Virus record (IMG/VR): IMGVR_UViG_3300013113_000455 | Location: 1-62,158 of that record | DNA length: 62,158 bases | Source of the DNA: a virus | Taxonomy: Duplodnaviria; Caudoviricetes | Direction: 5' to 3' (one strand) | In this document: positions 26,656 to 35,923 of the stretch, in pieces | How the letters are laid out: every line of letters begins with the position of its first letter | How positions within the stretch are numbered: the stretch's first letter is position 1 | Notes under the pieces: model-generated | Database searches by the model: none | The model's input: only the letters and a program-made list of their open reading frames with translations | What the model was told of the DNA's origin: nothing | Program-made: the position numbers and the translations under genes

Positions 26656-26703
26656 TGGAACGGGCAAAGGATTTGCACCTTTTTAAAGCACTGCGCGCCC
26701 GTT
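26656..26703 (-). ncRNA. tRNA-like mini-element 2 (acceptor stem + T-arm)
   Basis: Minus strand aacgggc-gcgcagtgctttaa-aaagg-TGCAAAT-ccttt-gcccgtt-cca. Confidence 0.45.
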
Positions 26704-26713
26704 AAAATTGTTG

Positions 26714-27184
26714 TTATGCTGTGAAATCTTCAAAAATGTCTTTCACATTATAACCGTTCAATATATCCTTAATCTCATGGAAAAAACGCCCTTTTGCTTT
26801 GTTTAGGTCTTGTTTGCTTCCTTGTTTGTAATTGTAGGCCTTAACCGTTCCACTTTCTTCAATTGCAAGTACAATTTTGCGCGAATTATTCCACGTTAAA
26901 ACAATTTCCAAAGGCTTGCTAATTTGAATAGGATTAAAAGGTCTTAAGCCGTCCTTTTTACGTTGTTTTTCACGTTCTATTATTGCATAAGTCCCGTTGA
27001 CAATTGCAAGAAGTGACTTTTTTTGGTTAAATTTTGTTTCTGTTTCAAAGTCCCAAGTCTTTAAAGGTATTTTAACCGAACTTGTCACCTTGTCTTTTGT
27101 TTGCTCTTTTTTTGTTGTAACTACATTTTGAGTCTGAGCGATTACAATTCGTAAATTGTTTGTTTTGTTTTCTGAATTTTTCAT
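26714..27184 (-). CDS. first early hypothetical protein
   Basis: First ORF of the leftward arm. Confidence 0.65.
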   Translation of the reverse strand: MKNSENKTNNLRIVIAQTQNVVTTKKEQTKDKVTSSVKIPLKTWDFETETKFNQKKSLLAIVNGTYAIIEREKQRKKDGLRPFNPIQISKPLEIVLTWNNSRKIVLAIEESGTVKAYNYKQGSKQDLNKAKGRFFHEIKDILNGYNVKDIFEDFTA

Positions 27185-28043
27185 TTTAATAAAGTTTAAA
27201 TTGTGGTTAACTAAAAAACGGTGTTAACCTTGACCGTATAAATACAAAGTACGTTTAAATTATTGGTTAAATCAAATCTTAAGACTAAAAAAATTAAACT
27301 TTTTTTTCAATTAATTTGTAATTTATTGATTATCAACTAATTACATTTAATTAATAGTATTAAATAAACTAAAGGAAATTTAAAAAAAAGGGTTCAAGGT
27401 GACACGATTAATAAAAAGAAACAATATCAATAATACTCTATAAGAGAAGACAAAGAAAGAAAAGGGAATCTAAAAAGCTGCTTTCCAGGTGAGGAGCTAA
27501 AAAAAAGTACTGTCTAGTGTTAAACAACCTTTTTAAATAGATACAAAGTTTTTTAAAACTCTTAACCGTTTGAACTTTCCTAAATCGAAAACAAAAAACA
27601 AAGTTTTCTTAAACGTTCGATAAGGTAAGCGTAAAGGATTGATTAATAAACAGTTAACACCAGCTAACAAAAATAAAAAACAGTTAAGAGGGACAGGAGA
27701 AAACGAAAAACGCACCCACCCCCCAAAAGTTTTGCGCCTCCCCCAGGAACGATCACCCCCGACGCACACCCCTATAACCCCACTCCCTTAACCCCGTAGA
27801 TTTCAGCCAGTTATGTGGTCTATACTGGAGTATTCTAAAATTCGCTGTAACTTTTTATTGTTGTAGGTGTATGTTTTATTACCTAACCGTAATGATTTAC
27901 GGTTTGTATAAGATTGGTTGATTATTCATGTGTAGGAATTGGTTTTTTGTGGGATAAAGTTGTTATATTAGTAATTCAATTACCTCATGGCTGTGCAAAT
28001 ATTATCGTGTTTTCTCGGGTCAAGGGGTTTAAAGTAGTGTAAA
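27185..28043. other. divergent control region / candidate genome terminus or pac region with C-tract cluster
   Basis: Largest non-coding gap; gene orientation flips; A/C-rich to G/T-rich switch near 27795; C-runs 27713-27795. Confidence 0.55.
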
Positions 28044-28337
28044 ATGGCATATAAAGGTTATAAGAAGGAGCCAGAGCGAAGGAAGAAGTATGATCCTTTG
28101 TATTTGGATTGGTTGGACAGGTATCGTCAGTTGCGTTGTTTACGGAATGTAAGCAGGAAGTATATGGCTAAGGAGTTGGGTTTAACGTATCGGACGTATT
28201 ATAAGAAGGAGGTTTGTATATCTAGTTTCACTTTTTATGAGTTGGTAAAGGCGTTTCGTATTTTGGGTTATGATATGCGGATTGTGGTTGATGATGTTTT
28301 CAGTCATGATAAGAGGGGAAGGCGAATAGATTATTGA
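28044..28337 (+). CDS. XRE/Cro-like HTH regulator
   Basis: LR..RNVSRKYMAKELGLTYRTYYKKE helix-turn-helix. Confidence 0.75.
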   Translation: MAYKGYKKEPERRKKYDPLYLDWLDRYRQLRCLRNVSRKYMAKELGLTYRTYYKKEVCISSFTFYELVKAFRILGYDMRIVVDDVFSHDKRGRRIDY

Positions 28338-28404
28338 TTAGTCGGTTTTTTTAGCTAAGGTTTTAAAGGGGAAAGGTTTAGTTTAGTAATTAAAAAGCGG
28401 TTAT

Positions 28405-28767
28405 ATGTTTGTTAGGAGTAAGGGTGTTGGAGTTTATGTTGTTACGGAGGTGACTAGTAGTGGTCATAGTTTGCTGGGTGTTTATATTTCTTTGGATTTG
28501 GTATGGAGGGGTATAGATGATTATTTTGGTGGTTATGGCAGTTATGATATTGTGAGTCGGTATGAGATTAAGGAGAGGGGTGTTGAGTATATTGTGGACA
28601 TTAGTTTTGGTGGTAAGAGTTCGAGGGTTTTGGTAAGGCGTTGTGTGTTGGGTGGCAGTGTTGGAAGTTCTTTGGTTCGCAGGGATGTTGTTGAGGTCTT
28701 TTTTTGGGTATTGATGGTGTTGTTATTTTTTGTTTCATTTTTCAATTTTATGGTATGTCTGGAGTGA
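28405..28767 (+). CDS. hypothetical protein with C-terminal hydrophobic segment
   Basis: ORF in strongly G/T-skewed region. Confidence 0.4.
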   Translation: MFVRSKGVGVYVVTEVTSSGHSLLGVYISLDLVWRGIDDYFGGYGSYDIVSRYEIKERGVEYIVDISFGGKSSRVLVRRCVLGGSVGSSLVRRDVVEVFFWVLMVLLFFVSFFNFMVCLE

Positions 28768-28964
28768 GGCATTTGGATGTTAATGGTGACAGGGTTGTTT
28801 GGACGAGTCGTCATCATTTGAGTTTTCATTTGGAGGATTTGCATGACAAGCATTTGTTGGCTATTTATCGGAATCAGATAAGGAGTAAGCCTGACAATCC
28901 TGTTTTGGATTATGTATGGGCTGAGATAGAGTTTAGGGGTTTGGAGGATTCGGTAGAGTTGTAA
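28704..28964 (+). CDS. hypothetical protein (true start probably 28755)
   Basis: W......LEDL.DKHL..I...E...RG pattern. Confidence 0.5.
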   Translation: MGIDGVVIFCFIFQFYGMSGVRHLDVNGDRVVWTSRHHLSFHLEDLHDKHLLAIYRNQIRSKPDNPVLDYVWAEIEFRGLEDSVEL

Positions 28965-29005
28965 CAAAAAGTTTTAAAAAGGAGTTAATAGGGGTTTAGT
29001 ATATT

Positions 29006-29206
29006 TTGGTAGGAAGGATTTTAGATAGGGATAAGTTTTTGGAGTCTCATAGGCAGGCGGTTTTGTTTAGTGTTGGGAGGGTTCGTGATGCTTATTTGGA
29101 TAGGTTGAAGGAGTATGCTTTTGATAATGGGTTAAAGATATGTCGAAACTGTTATAGGGTTTATGAGAAAGATTGTGCCGAGTGTGGCAAAGGAGTTGAA
29201 TATTAA
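29006..29206 (+). CDS. small zinc-finger protein
   Basis: CRNC...CAEC. Confidence 0.45.
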   Translation: MVGRILDRDKFLESHRQAVLFSVGRVRDAYLDRLKEYAFDNGLKICRNCYRVYEKDCAECGKGVEY

Positions 29207-29765
29207 TTTTCCAGAGATAGAGTTGGGTAATTTACGTTCTGATGAGGAGTTTTTTTATTTGTGTTGGTTGAGTGAGTTGTGTAATGCTGGTTATGTTGAT
29301 AATGTATGGTATGAGTATACTACGTTTGAGTTGTATGGTGGTTATGATAAGTTGTATGAGCAGCGTTTAAAGACTAAGGTTAATCATAAGTGTGAGACGT
29401 TGATAAAGCCTACTGTTTATACTCCTGATTTCAAGGTTGAGTGGACGGAGAAGGCGGAGGGGGTTTTTTATTATGATTATGTGGATAAGGAGAGGTTGAC
29501 GAGTAATAATAAGCCTTTGTATCATTTGGGTAGTAATTTGGTGAGTCATGTAGAGATAAAGCCTGTTCATAATCAGAATAATATGACGAGTTATGCACAG
29601 TTGAAGATTAATTGGTTGTTTGCCACACAGGGTGTTTATGTGAATATGTTTAAGATACCGACTATGTTTGGGTTAAATTTTTATCCAGGAGAGTATTTGG
29701 TTACGGATGTAAAGCGTTCACCTCGGAATGTTGGGTTTCCTGTTATTGGGGATTACTTAAAATAA
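29163..29765 (+). CDS. PD-(D/E)XK endonuclease (T7 endonuclease I/DUF1064-like resolvase)
   Basis: S.EE, YE...F.L, YTPDF, VEIK. Confidence 0.7.
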   Translation: MRKIVPSVAKELNINFPEIELGNLRSDEEFFYLCWLSELCNAGYVDNVWYEYTTFELYGGYDKLYEQRLKTKVNHKCETLIKPTVYTPDFKVEWTEKAEGVFYYDYVDKERLTSNNKPLYHLGSNLVSHVEIKPVHNQNNMTSYAQLKINWLFATQGVYVNMFKIPTMFGLNFYPGEYLVTDVKRSPRNVGFPVIGDYLK

Positions 29766-29807
29766 AATGTTTATATTGGCTTAAGGGTTTATATATTGAT
29801 TGATTGG

Positions 29808-29846
29808 GAAGGGGAGTGTTTTTTGTTTGTCACTTCCCTTTTTTTT
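29808..29846 (+). terminator. intrinsic terminator
   Basis: aaggggagtg...cacttccctt followed by T-run. Confidence 0.6.
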
Positions 29847-29878
29847 GTTTGTGGTGTCACATTTAGGGTAAAAAATAA

Positions 29879-30181
29879 TTGTTATATATTTACAGTATGG
29901 ACAGAGATGTTGTTGACAATGTGTATCAGTTGATAGTTTTGAATAAGACATTGGGTGATACTCCTGGATTTGTTTGGCAGGTGGGTAAGAATTATCGGGT
30001 TGCTGGTAGAAGTTTTGAGTGTTCTAGGATATTGCATGATGACACAGCGTTTCATTTTAACGGTCAGAGTCGTTGGGTAGTTTTTTTGAAAGCGCCTAAT
30101 GGTGAAGAGTTCAAGCATGCTTATTATGAGAATGCTAGTTTAGAGGTTAAGAGGGGAGTTCCAGAGCATTTATTAGTTTAG
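29879..30181 (+). CDS. hypothetical protein (true start probably 29897)
   Basis: ORF downstream of TATATTTA -7-like element. Confidence 0.55.
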   Translation: MLYIYSMDRDVVDNVYQLIVLNKTLGDTPGFVWQVGKNYRVAGRSFECSRILHDDTAFHFNGQSRWVVFLKAPNGEEFKHAYYENASLEVKRGVPEHLLV

Positions 30182-30204
30182 TATAAATTTTAAAAAAAGA
30201 AATA

Positions 30205-30903
30205 ATGGCAATTACATTAAGTACGTTAAATATTGTTGGTAAGGACGGTAATACTACTACTGTTTTATCGGACAAGGTAAAGGCGGTAAACTCTTTTCAG
30301 GGTGACGTTGATGTGGAGATTGATGTTTATGGTCAAGATCCTCAGATTATTAAGACAGAAAATACGGCAGCTACGGGTAGTGTTACTTTGAACTCAGGTT
30401 CGGGAACTATCACAGATTTGACTGTAAACTCTGTAAGTATTTTTGATACTGCTACGGCTGTATCGGGTTCTTCGTTGGCAGAGCTTGCTGCTAATTTGGT
30501 TATAGCGGTAAATTCGTTTACGAGTGTTCCTAATTATACGGCTAGTGCGGCAGGTGCGGTTGTGACTATCTCTGCTGATAAGGCTGCTGCTGATGGTCCG
30601 AATACTTATGTGGTTGCTTCTACGGTTACTGGTACATTGGCTAAGACGGATGTGAATTTGTCAGGAGGTACTAATCAGAAGAGTCTTATAGACGCAGCGT
30701 TGACAAGCTTTAGCATTAATGTTACTTTGGAGAATGGTTCTACCAAGGCGTTAAATGTTTTAAGAATCAGGTCTGTAAATCAGCAGCCAGGTGGAGGAAG
30801 TTTGATTTATTATAATGGTGAGGGTAACACTTTCCAAAAAGTTGAGGAGGTTGTTTGCACTGAATCTTTTTCTGCTGTTAAGACTTTGATAGACGCATTA
30901 TAG
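30205..30903 (+). CDS. putative virion decoration protein
   Basis: Ser/Thr/Ala/Gly-rich; shares an internal domain with 41842-43701. Confidence 0.55.
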   Translation: MAITLSTLNIVGKDGNTTTVLSDKVKAVNSFQGDVDVEIDVYGQDPQIIKTENTAATGSVTLNSGSGTITDLTVNSVSIFDTATAVSGSSLAELAANLVIAVNSFTSVPNYTASAAGAVVTISADKAAADGPNTYVVASTVTGTLAKTDVNLSGGTNQKSLIDAALTSFSINVTLENGSTKALNVLRIRSVNQQPGGGSLIYYNGEGNTFQKVEEVVCTESFSAVKTLIDAL

Positions 30904-30945
30904 GATTTTCCATTTTGTATTGATTTATATTTTTAATTGTTATGG

Positions 30946-30972
30946 CCCTAACTTTCATAGTTAGGGTTTTTT
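30946..30972 (+). terminator. intrinsic terminator
   Basis: ccctaac-tttcata-gttaggg followed by T-run. Confidence 0.7.
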
Positions 30973-30978
30973 ATTATA

Positions 30979-31365
30979 TTGTGTTTAAATAAAATTAAAA
31001 TTAAAATGAAACTAGAGGATATTAAGGACGTAAAGGTTCGCAAGTATGTGCGTGGTCTTCAGCTAAAGCTTGAGGAGTTTGAGGCAAATACTACTAAGGT
31101 TAAATCTTTTTTAGCTTTAAAAAACTTTATTACGCAGAACAATAAGCTGCTGACTAATTATCGAGTATCGGATTCAGCGGATGAGCTTTCAGACAAGGAG
31201 GATAAAGCGTTGGAAAGGGGTTTAAAATTTTCGGAGAAGCTTGATTATCTACAGACGTTGTTGGATAAGATGTACGGAGAGATAGGAGAGATTCCTGAAG
31301 AACAGGGGAAACAAAAAGCTGCTTCAGCGTATGAGCAGGTAATGAGGGATTTGCGAAATGGGTAA
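30979..31365 (+). CDS. putative terminase small subunit (true start probably 31006)
   Basis: Helical protein overlapping the TerL start; positional inference. Confidence 0.5.
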   Translation: MCLNKIKIKMKLEDIKDVKVRKYVRGLQLKLEEFEANTTKVKSFLALKNFITQNNKLLTNYRVSDSADELSDKEDKALERGLKFSEKLDYLQTLLDKMYGEIGEIPEEQGKQKAASAYEQVMRDLRNG

Positions 31366-33445
31366 GCTGTCTACAAGGGCGATGCGGTCCGTTAATTTTA
31401 AAAGAGTTAGAGAGATAACGTTAAATGGGAATATTGAGTTTACTGTTCATCTTCCTAGTCCTCCTGCATATTATAAGATTGCTAATTGGGATAAAAAAAT
31501 AAAGGATCAAAAGTGGATGATTCCTGATTGGGTTTTATCTCAACGGGATTTTGACATGCTTGACATGGATAATCAGCTTGATTATTTAAAGCAGGTCACT
31601 TACCACAGGATAAATGGGTATTGGTTTTACAACAAGGGTACGATAGAGTATTTGACAGGCGACCATTTTTTTTATTTAGCATTTTGGAGGATTGATGGGA
31701 TTGTTCCTTATTGGAAGGATAGCGATGCTACGTTTTTTTATATCGAGCGTCATTGTCAGATGTTGGATTCTTGTTTGGGTTGGATGCAGGTTACTAATCG
31801 TAGGGACGGTAAGACGGGTAAGGCTACTTCTATTATTTACAATCGGATTACGTTGAACTATGATGCCAATGGAGGTATTCAGAGTAAGACGAATAAGGAT
31901 GCCAGTATGATCTTCAAGAAGATGGTCAAGAGTTGGCAGAAGTTGCCTGATTATTTAAAGCCTGAAGATTCGGGTGACACTAATCCTAGTTCAGCGTTAA
32001 AGTTTGAAGAACCAGCCAAGAGGAGTACTAAGGGTGGTAAGAAGATTTACAAGGAGGTTTTAAACTCAATGATTGATTACAAGCCTTCTGTTGAGAATGC
32101 TTATGACGGTAATAAGTTGAAGTATTACTATGATGATGAGTATGGGAAGACTACTGAGGTGGATGTTAATGACCGTTGGCAGATTGTCAAGGAGTGTTTG
32201 GTTCAGGGAAAGAATATTGTAGGAAAGAGCTTGCATACTACTACTGCCGAGGAGATGGAGGATAAGGGTGGAGCTGCTGCTAAGGACATGTGGGATGACT
32301 CTAATATTTTGGAGGCTGAGGTTCAGGGCAGGGAGTTTACTGTTTCGGGATTGTTGAGGTGGTTTAAGCCTGCCACTCATGGTTTGGAGGGGTTTATAGA
32401 TAAGTATGGATATAGTGTTGTTGAAGACCCTGTAAAGCCTGTTGTTGGCATTGACGGAAAGAAGATAGAGATAGGTAGTCTTACTTACATTAATCGCAGG
32501 AGAAAGGGGTTAACGGGAAACAAGTTAGCAGGAGAGAAGAGGAAGTATCCTTTGACTATTGATGAGGCTTTTATTGAGGAGGGGAAGTTGAGTCCTTTTG
32601 ATATTATTAAGTTGAATGATCAAATATCTTATAATGGCACACTTAATAATAAGGTCATACAAGGAAACTTCGTATGGATAGACAGACATAATTTAGAGGT
32701 TGGTTGGCAGCCTTCGGTCCATGGAAGGTGGAAGGTGTTATGGATGCCAGTTGTTGATGACAGGAATAAGACGATACAAACTTCTAGGGGTTTAAAGCCT
32801 CGTAACTTTGATAAGTTTGTAGCAGGGTGTGACCCTTTTGACCATAAGGTAACTACGGATAATAAGAAGTCCAATGGAGCTAGTTATGTGTATAGGAAGT
32901 TAGACCCTTTTGACCAGGAGCATAGTGATACTTTTGTTTGTGAGTATGTTAATCGTCCTGCCACTCCTGATATGTTTTACGAGGACATGATAAAGCAGTG
33001 TATTTTTTATGGTTGTGAGTTGTTGTGTGAGAACAACAAGATTGGTTTAATAAATTGGTTTGAGAACAATGGCTATGGTGGTTACTTAATGGACAGACCA
33101 GATTTCACTCATACTGATTATAGTAGGAAACGTCAGAAGGAGAAGGGAATACCCATGAACTCGGAGGCTGTTAGGCAGAGGGCTATAGAGGTTACTGAAA
33201 GTTTTGTGTATGCTAATACTGGTTATGACTTTGAGAACAATGTTTACGGGAAGGTATTTTTCAATGATTTATTAAAGTGTTGGATAAAGTTCAATCCTCA
33301 GAAGTGGACAGATTATGATGAGTTTGTTGCTGCGGCTTTGTGTTTGTTTGGCAAGGAAAGGTATGTAAGAAAAAAGACTCGAAAAAGCACTCGTTCTGTG
33401 GGTAGATTCATTAAAACATATAACAGGCGTGGGGGTTTCAAGTGA
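31358..33445 (+). CDS. terL: terminase large subunit
   Basis: Walker A NRRDGKT, Walker B YYDDEYGK, RuvC-like GCDPFD, EY..RP, ENNK. Confidence 0.92.
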   Translation: MGKLSTRAMRSVNFKRVREITLNGNIEFTVHLPSPPAYYKIANWDKKIKDQKWMIPDWVLSQRDFDMLDMDNQLDYLKQVTYHRINGYWFYNKGTIEYLTGDHFFYLAFWRIDGIVPYWKDSDATFFYIERHCQMLDSCLGWMQVTNRRDGKTGKATSIIYNRITLNYDANGGIQSKTNKDASMIFKKMVKSWQKLPDYLKPEDSGDTNPSSALKFEEPAKRSTKGGKKIYKEVLNSMIDYKPSVENAYDGNKLKYYYDDEYGKTTEVDVNDRWQIVKECLVQGKNIVGKSLHTTTAEEMEDKGGAAAKDMWDDSNILEAEVQGREFTVSGLLRWFKPATHGLEGFIDKYGYSVVEDPVKPVVGIDGKKIEIGSLTYINRRRKGLTGNKLAGEKRKYPLTIDEAFIEEGKLSPFDIIKLNDQISYNGTLNNKVIQGNFVWIDRHNLEVGWQPSVHGRWKVLWMPVVDDRNKTIQTSRGLKPRNFDKFVAGCDPFDHKVTTDNKKSNGASYVYRKLDPFDQEHSDTFVCEYVNRPATPDMFYEDMIKQCIFYGCELLCENNKIGLINWFENNGYGGYLMDRPDFTHTDYSRKRQKEKGIPMNSEAVRQRAIEVTESFVYANTGYDFENNVYGKVFFNDLLKCWIKFNPQKWTDYDEFVAAALCLFGKERYVRKKTRKSTRSVGRFIKTYNRRGGFK

Positions 33446-33495
33446 GTTAAAATAATTGCTTACATTTGTTAGTATAACTATTTTTTAGTAAGAGA

Positions 33496-35880
33496 ATGAC
33501 AAAATCAAATACTAAGCTGCCTAACTTTCCGAATCCTACTTTATCTAAAGAGGAGAAGTCAGACAAAAAATACGGGTTAGGTTGTGCAAAAGCTATATAT
33601 GGGAGACATCGAGGTACTGATTGGTCTATTTATAATAAAATTGCAAGGTTTGTAGAAAACAGAAAAGCTGCGGAAGGTTTGTCTAGCGTTGATAAGTTCA
33701 AGGATTTGCTTGACTTAAATGGAGATGCCTCTTACTTAAATTTGGATTGGCAGTCGGTATCTGTAATTCCTAAGTTTGTTCAGTTGGTAGTTGGTGAAAT
33801 GATTAACCAAGAGTTTAAGGTTAATGCAATAGCTATGGATGAATCCTCTATGGAGAAATTCGAGGAGGAGAAGAACAAGATATATGCCAATATGTTGATG
33901 GCTGATTTCTCTAAACAAATGGAGGCTGAAACAGGATTCTCTTTAGTTGACAAATCTATTCCTATTCCTAAAGACTTAGAAGAGGCGGATGTTTTAATAG
34001 AGACAACTTTAAAACAGGCTGTAGAAATAGCTATGGAGGTTTGTATTTCTTTTGTTTTACAAGCCAATAATTTTGAGAAAGAGATAAAGGAAAGGTTAAT
34101 CAGGGATTTAATAGTTATAAAAATTTGTGCTACAAGAACTTATTTTGATGACAACAATGACATTAGGGTAAGGTATGTAGATCCTGCTAATTTGGTTTTG
34201 CCGTATTCAAAAGACCCTTACTTCAGGGATAGTCTTTACACTGGTGAGATTGTAAAAATGGGATTCCATGATTTTGTTGCCTTGGTTGGCGACGAGATGA
34301 CAGAGGAGCAGTATTATGATATTGCTAAAAAAATCGGAAAGAAAGATGTTAGTGTTAACGGTCTTACTCAGGAAAATGGTAGGTACTATCAGTCTCCTTA
34401 TTATGGTAGTGGTCGTGTAGATGACTTTTACATTGAGGTTTTAGACTTTGAGATGAGGTCCACTAATTATGAATTGACTTACGAGCAGAAGTACATTAGC
34501 AAAGGAAATTTTTTCTTAAACAAAAAGAAAACGGGTTACGAGCCTAAGAAGTATAGTAAGAAGAAAAGGGAGGTAACCAGAAAGAAGGTAGAGGTTTTTT
34601 ATGAAGGTTTATATGTCATAGGTTCTGATTATATCTTTAAGTATGGTCTTCAGGAAAACATGAATAGACCTAAGAAGAGTGGTGCTTACTGCTCAGAGGT
34701 TAAGAGTAGATATAGCGTTATAGCTCCAGGTATGTATGACATGGAGAATAAGGCTATGGTAGAGCAGATGTTGCCTTTTGATAATCAGATGACTTTAGCT
34801 TATTTAAAGCTTCAGCAACAAATGATTAAGGCTAGACCAGCAGGTTTGGCTGTGGACGCTTCTTCTTTGGAGGATGTGTTAAAAGGCAGAGGTGAGGATT
34901 TCCTAGACCCGACTGATATTGTAGAGATCTTTGATCAGACGGGTAACTTATATTACAGAAGTGAGGACTCTGAGTTTGGTGGAATGATTAATCAGAAACC
35001 AATCCAGGAGCTTGCTAATGGACTTAGTTCAAGTGCTTTGTATTTTGTTGAGGTGTGGAATCACAACTTAAATATGATAAGGACAATTACGGGGTTGAAT
35101 GAAGCTAGGGATGGTTCTACTCCTTCTTCTAAAGCTTTAGTTGGTGTTCAGAAAATGGCTGTAAATATGAGCCGTAATGCTACTAGATCTTTAAATGAGG
35201 CTTATTTACATAGTTTTAAGTCTTTGGCTGACAATATAGCTATGATGGTTCAGAACAAGGCTGTTGCAGATAAGTTAAGAGGTTTTGAGCTAGCTCTTGG
35301 GAAAGAGGTTGTTGATGTTGTCAACATAGTAAAAGATTTAAGTTTAGCAGAGTTGGGTATTGAGATTGAGATACTTCCAACTGCTGAAGAAATGCAAGAG
35401 TTGAATATTTTAATTGAGAAAGCGATAACGGCTCAATCAATAGAGTTGGAAGACGCTATGGAGGTTAAGGACGTTGCTAAGGTTAACATCAAGAAGGCGA
35501 CACACTTATTAAAGAAAAGAAGAAAAGAGAAAGAAGAGTCTGATATGGCTAAAGCGGCAAATGCTTCACAGCAAAACGCTCAAGCTCAGATACAATCTCA
35601 ACAATCAGCGGCTCAGTCTGAGATGCAACTAAAACAAATGGAGCATCAGATGGATATGGAAAGGCTTCAAATGGAGTATCAGTTAAAGATGCAGTTAGAG
35701 CAGATGAAAGCCAGAACAAAAGGTATGGCAGACGCAGAGGTTGCTATGATTAATAATGATGAAAAGTTAAAGCAGATAGATGCTGCTAAAAAGAATAATA
35801 TTGATGATACTTCCATAGGTAATTCGGTGAGAGAACCTCAAGTATTTAGAGGAGTGGGAGATAGCAGAAAATTGGATTAA
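33496..35880 (+). CDS. portal protein
   Basis: SYLNLDW..V.VIPKFV, YVDPANLV, ITGLNEARDG; follows TerL; Gln-rich tail. Confidence 0.85.
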   Translation: MTKSNTKLPNFPNPTLSKEEKSDKKYGLGCAKAIYGRHRGTDWSIYNKIARFVENRKAAEGLSSVDKFKDLLDLNGDASYLNLDWQSVSVIPKFVQLVVGEMINQEFKVNAIAMDESSMEKFEEEKNKIYANMLMADFSKQMEAETGFSLVDKSIPIPKDLEEADVLIETTLKQAVEIAMEVCISFVLQANNFEKEIKERLIRDLIVIKICATRTYFDDNNDIRVRYVDPANLVLPYSKDPYFRDSLYTGEIVKMGFHDFVALVGDEMTEEQYYDIAKKIGKKDVSVNGLTQENGRYYQSPYYGSGRVDDFYIEVLDFEMRSTNYELTYEQKYISKGNFFLNKKKTGYEPKKYSKKKREVTRKKVEVFYEGLYVIGSDYIFKYGLQENMNRPKKSGAYCSEVKSRYSVIAPGMYDMENKAMVEQMLPFDNQMTLAYLKLQQQMIKARPAGLAVDASSLEDVLKGRGEDFLDPTDIVEIFDQTGNLYYRSEDSEFGGMINQKPIQELANGLSSSALYFVEVWNHNLNMIRTITGLNEARDGSTPSSKALVGVQKMAVNMSRNATRSLNEAYLHSFKSLADNIAMMVQNKAVADKLRGFELALGKEVVDVVNIVKDLSLAELGIEIEILPTAEEMQELNILIEKAITAQSIELEDAMEVKDVAKVNIKKATHLLKKRRKEKEESDMAKAANASQQNAQAQIQSQQSAAQSEMQLKQMEHQMDMERLQMEYQLKMQLEQMKARTKGMADAEVAMINNDEKLKQIDAAKKNNIDDTSIGNSVREPQVFRGVGDSRKLD

Positions 35881-35923
35881 AAATTTTTATTATATATTAG
35901 TTAAACCGTAAATTAAAATTAAA

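Noticed and set aside
26292-26703. Genuine tRNA genes
   Set aside because: Too short, no D-arm or anticodon arm, CCA absent or out of register; kept only as tRNA-like elements.
27533-27769. Minus-strand 78-aa ORF, and the many short antisense ORFs in the track (e.g. 5244, 7932, 28542, 32066, 56897)
   Set aside because: They overlap better-supported genes or low-complexity skewed DNA on the opposite strand and lack motifs or leaders.
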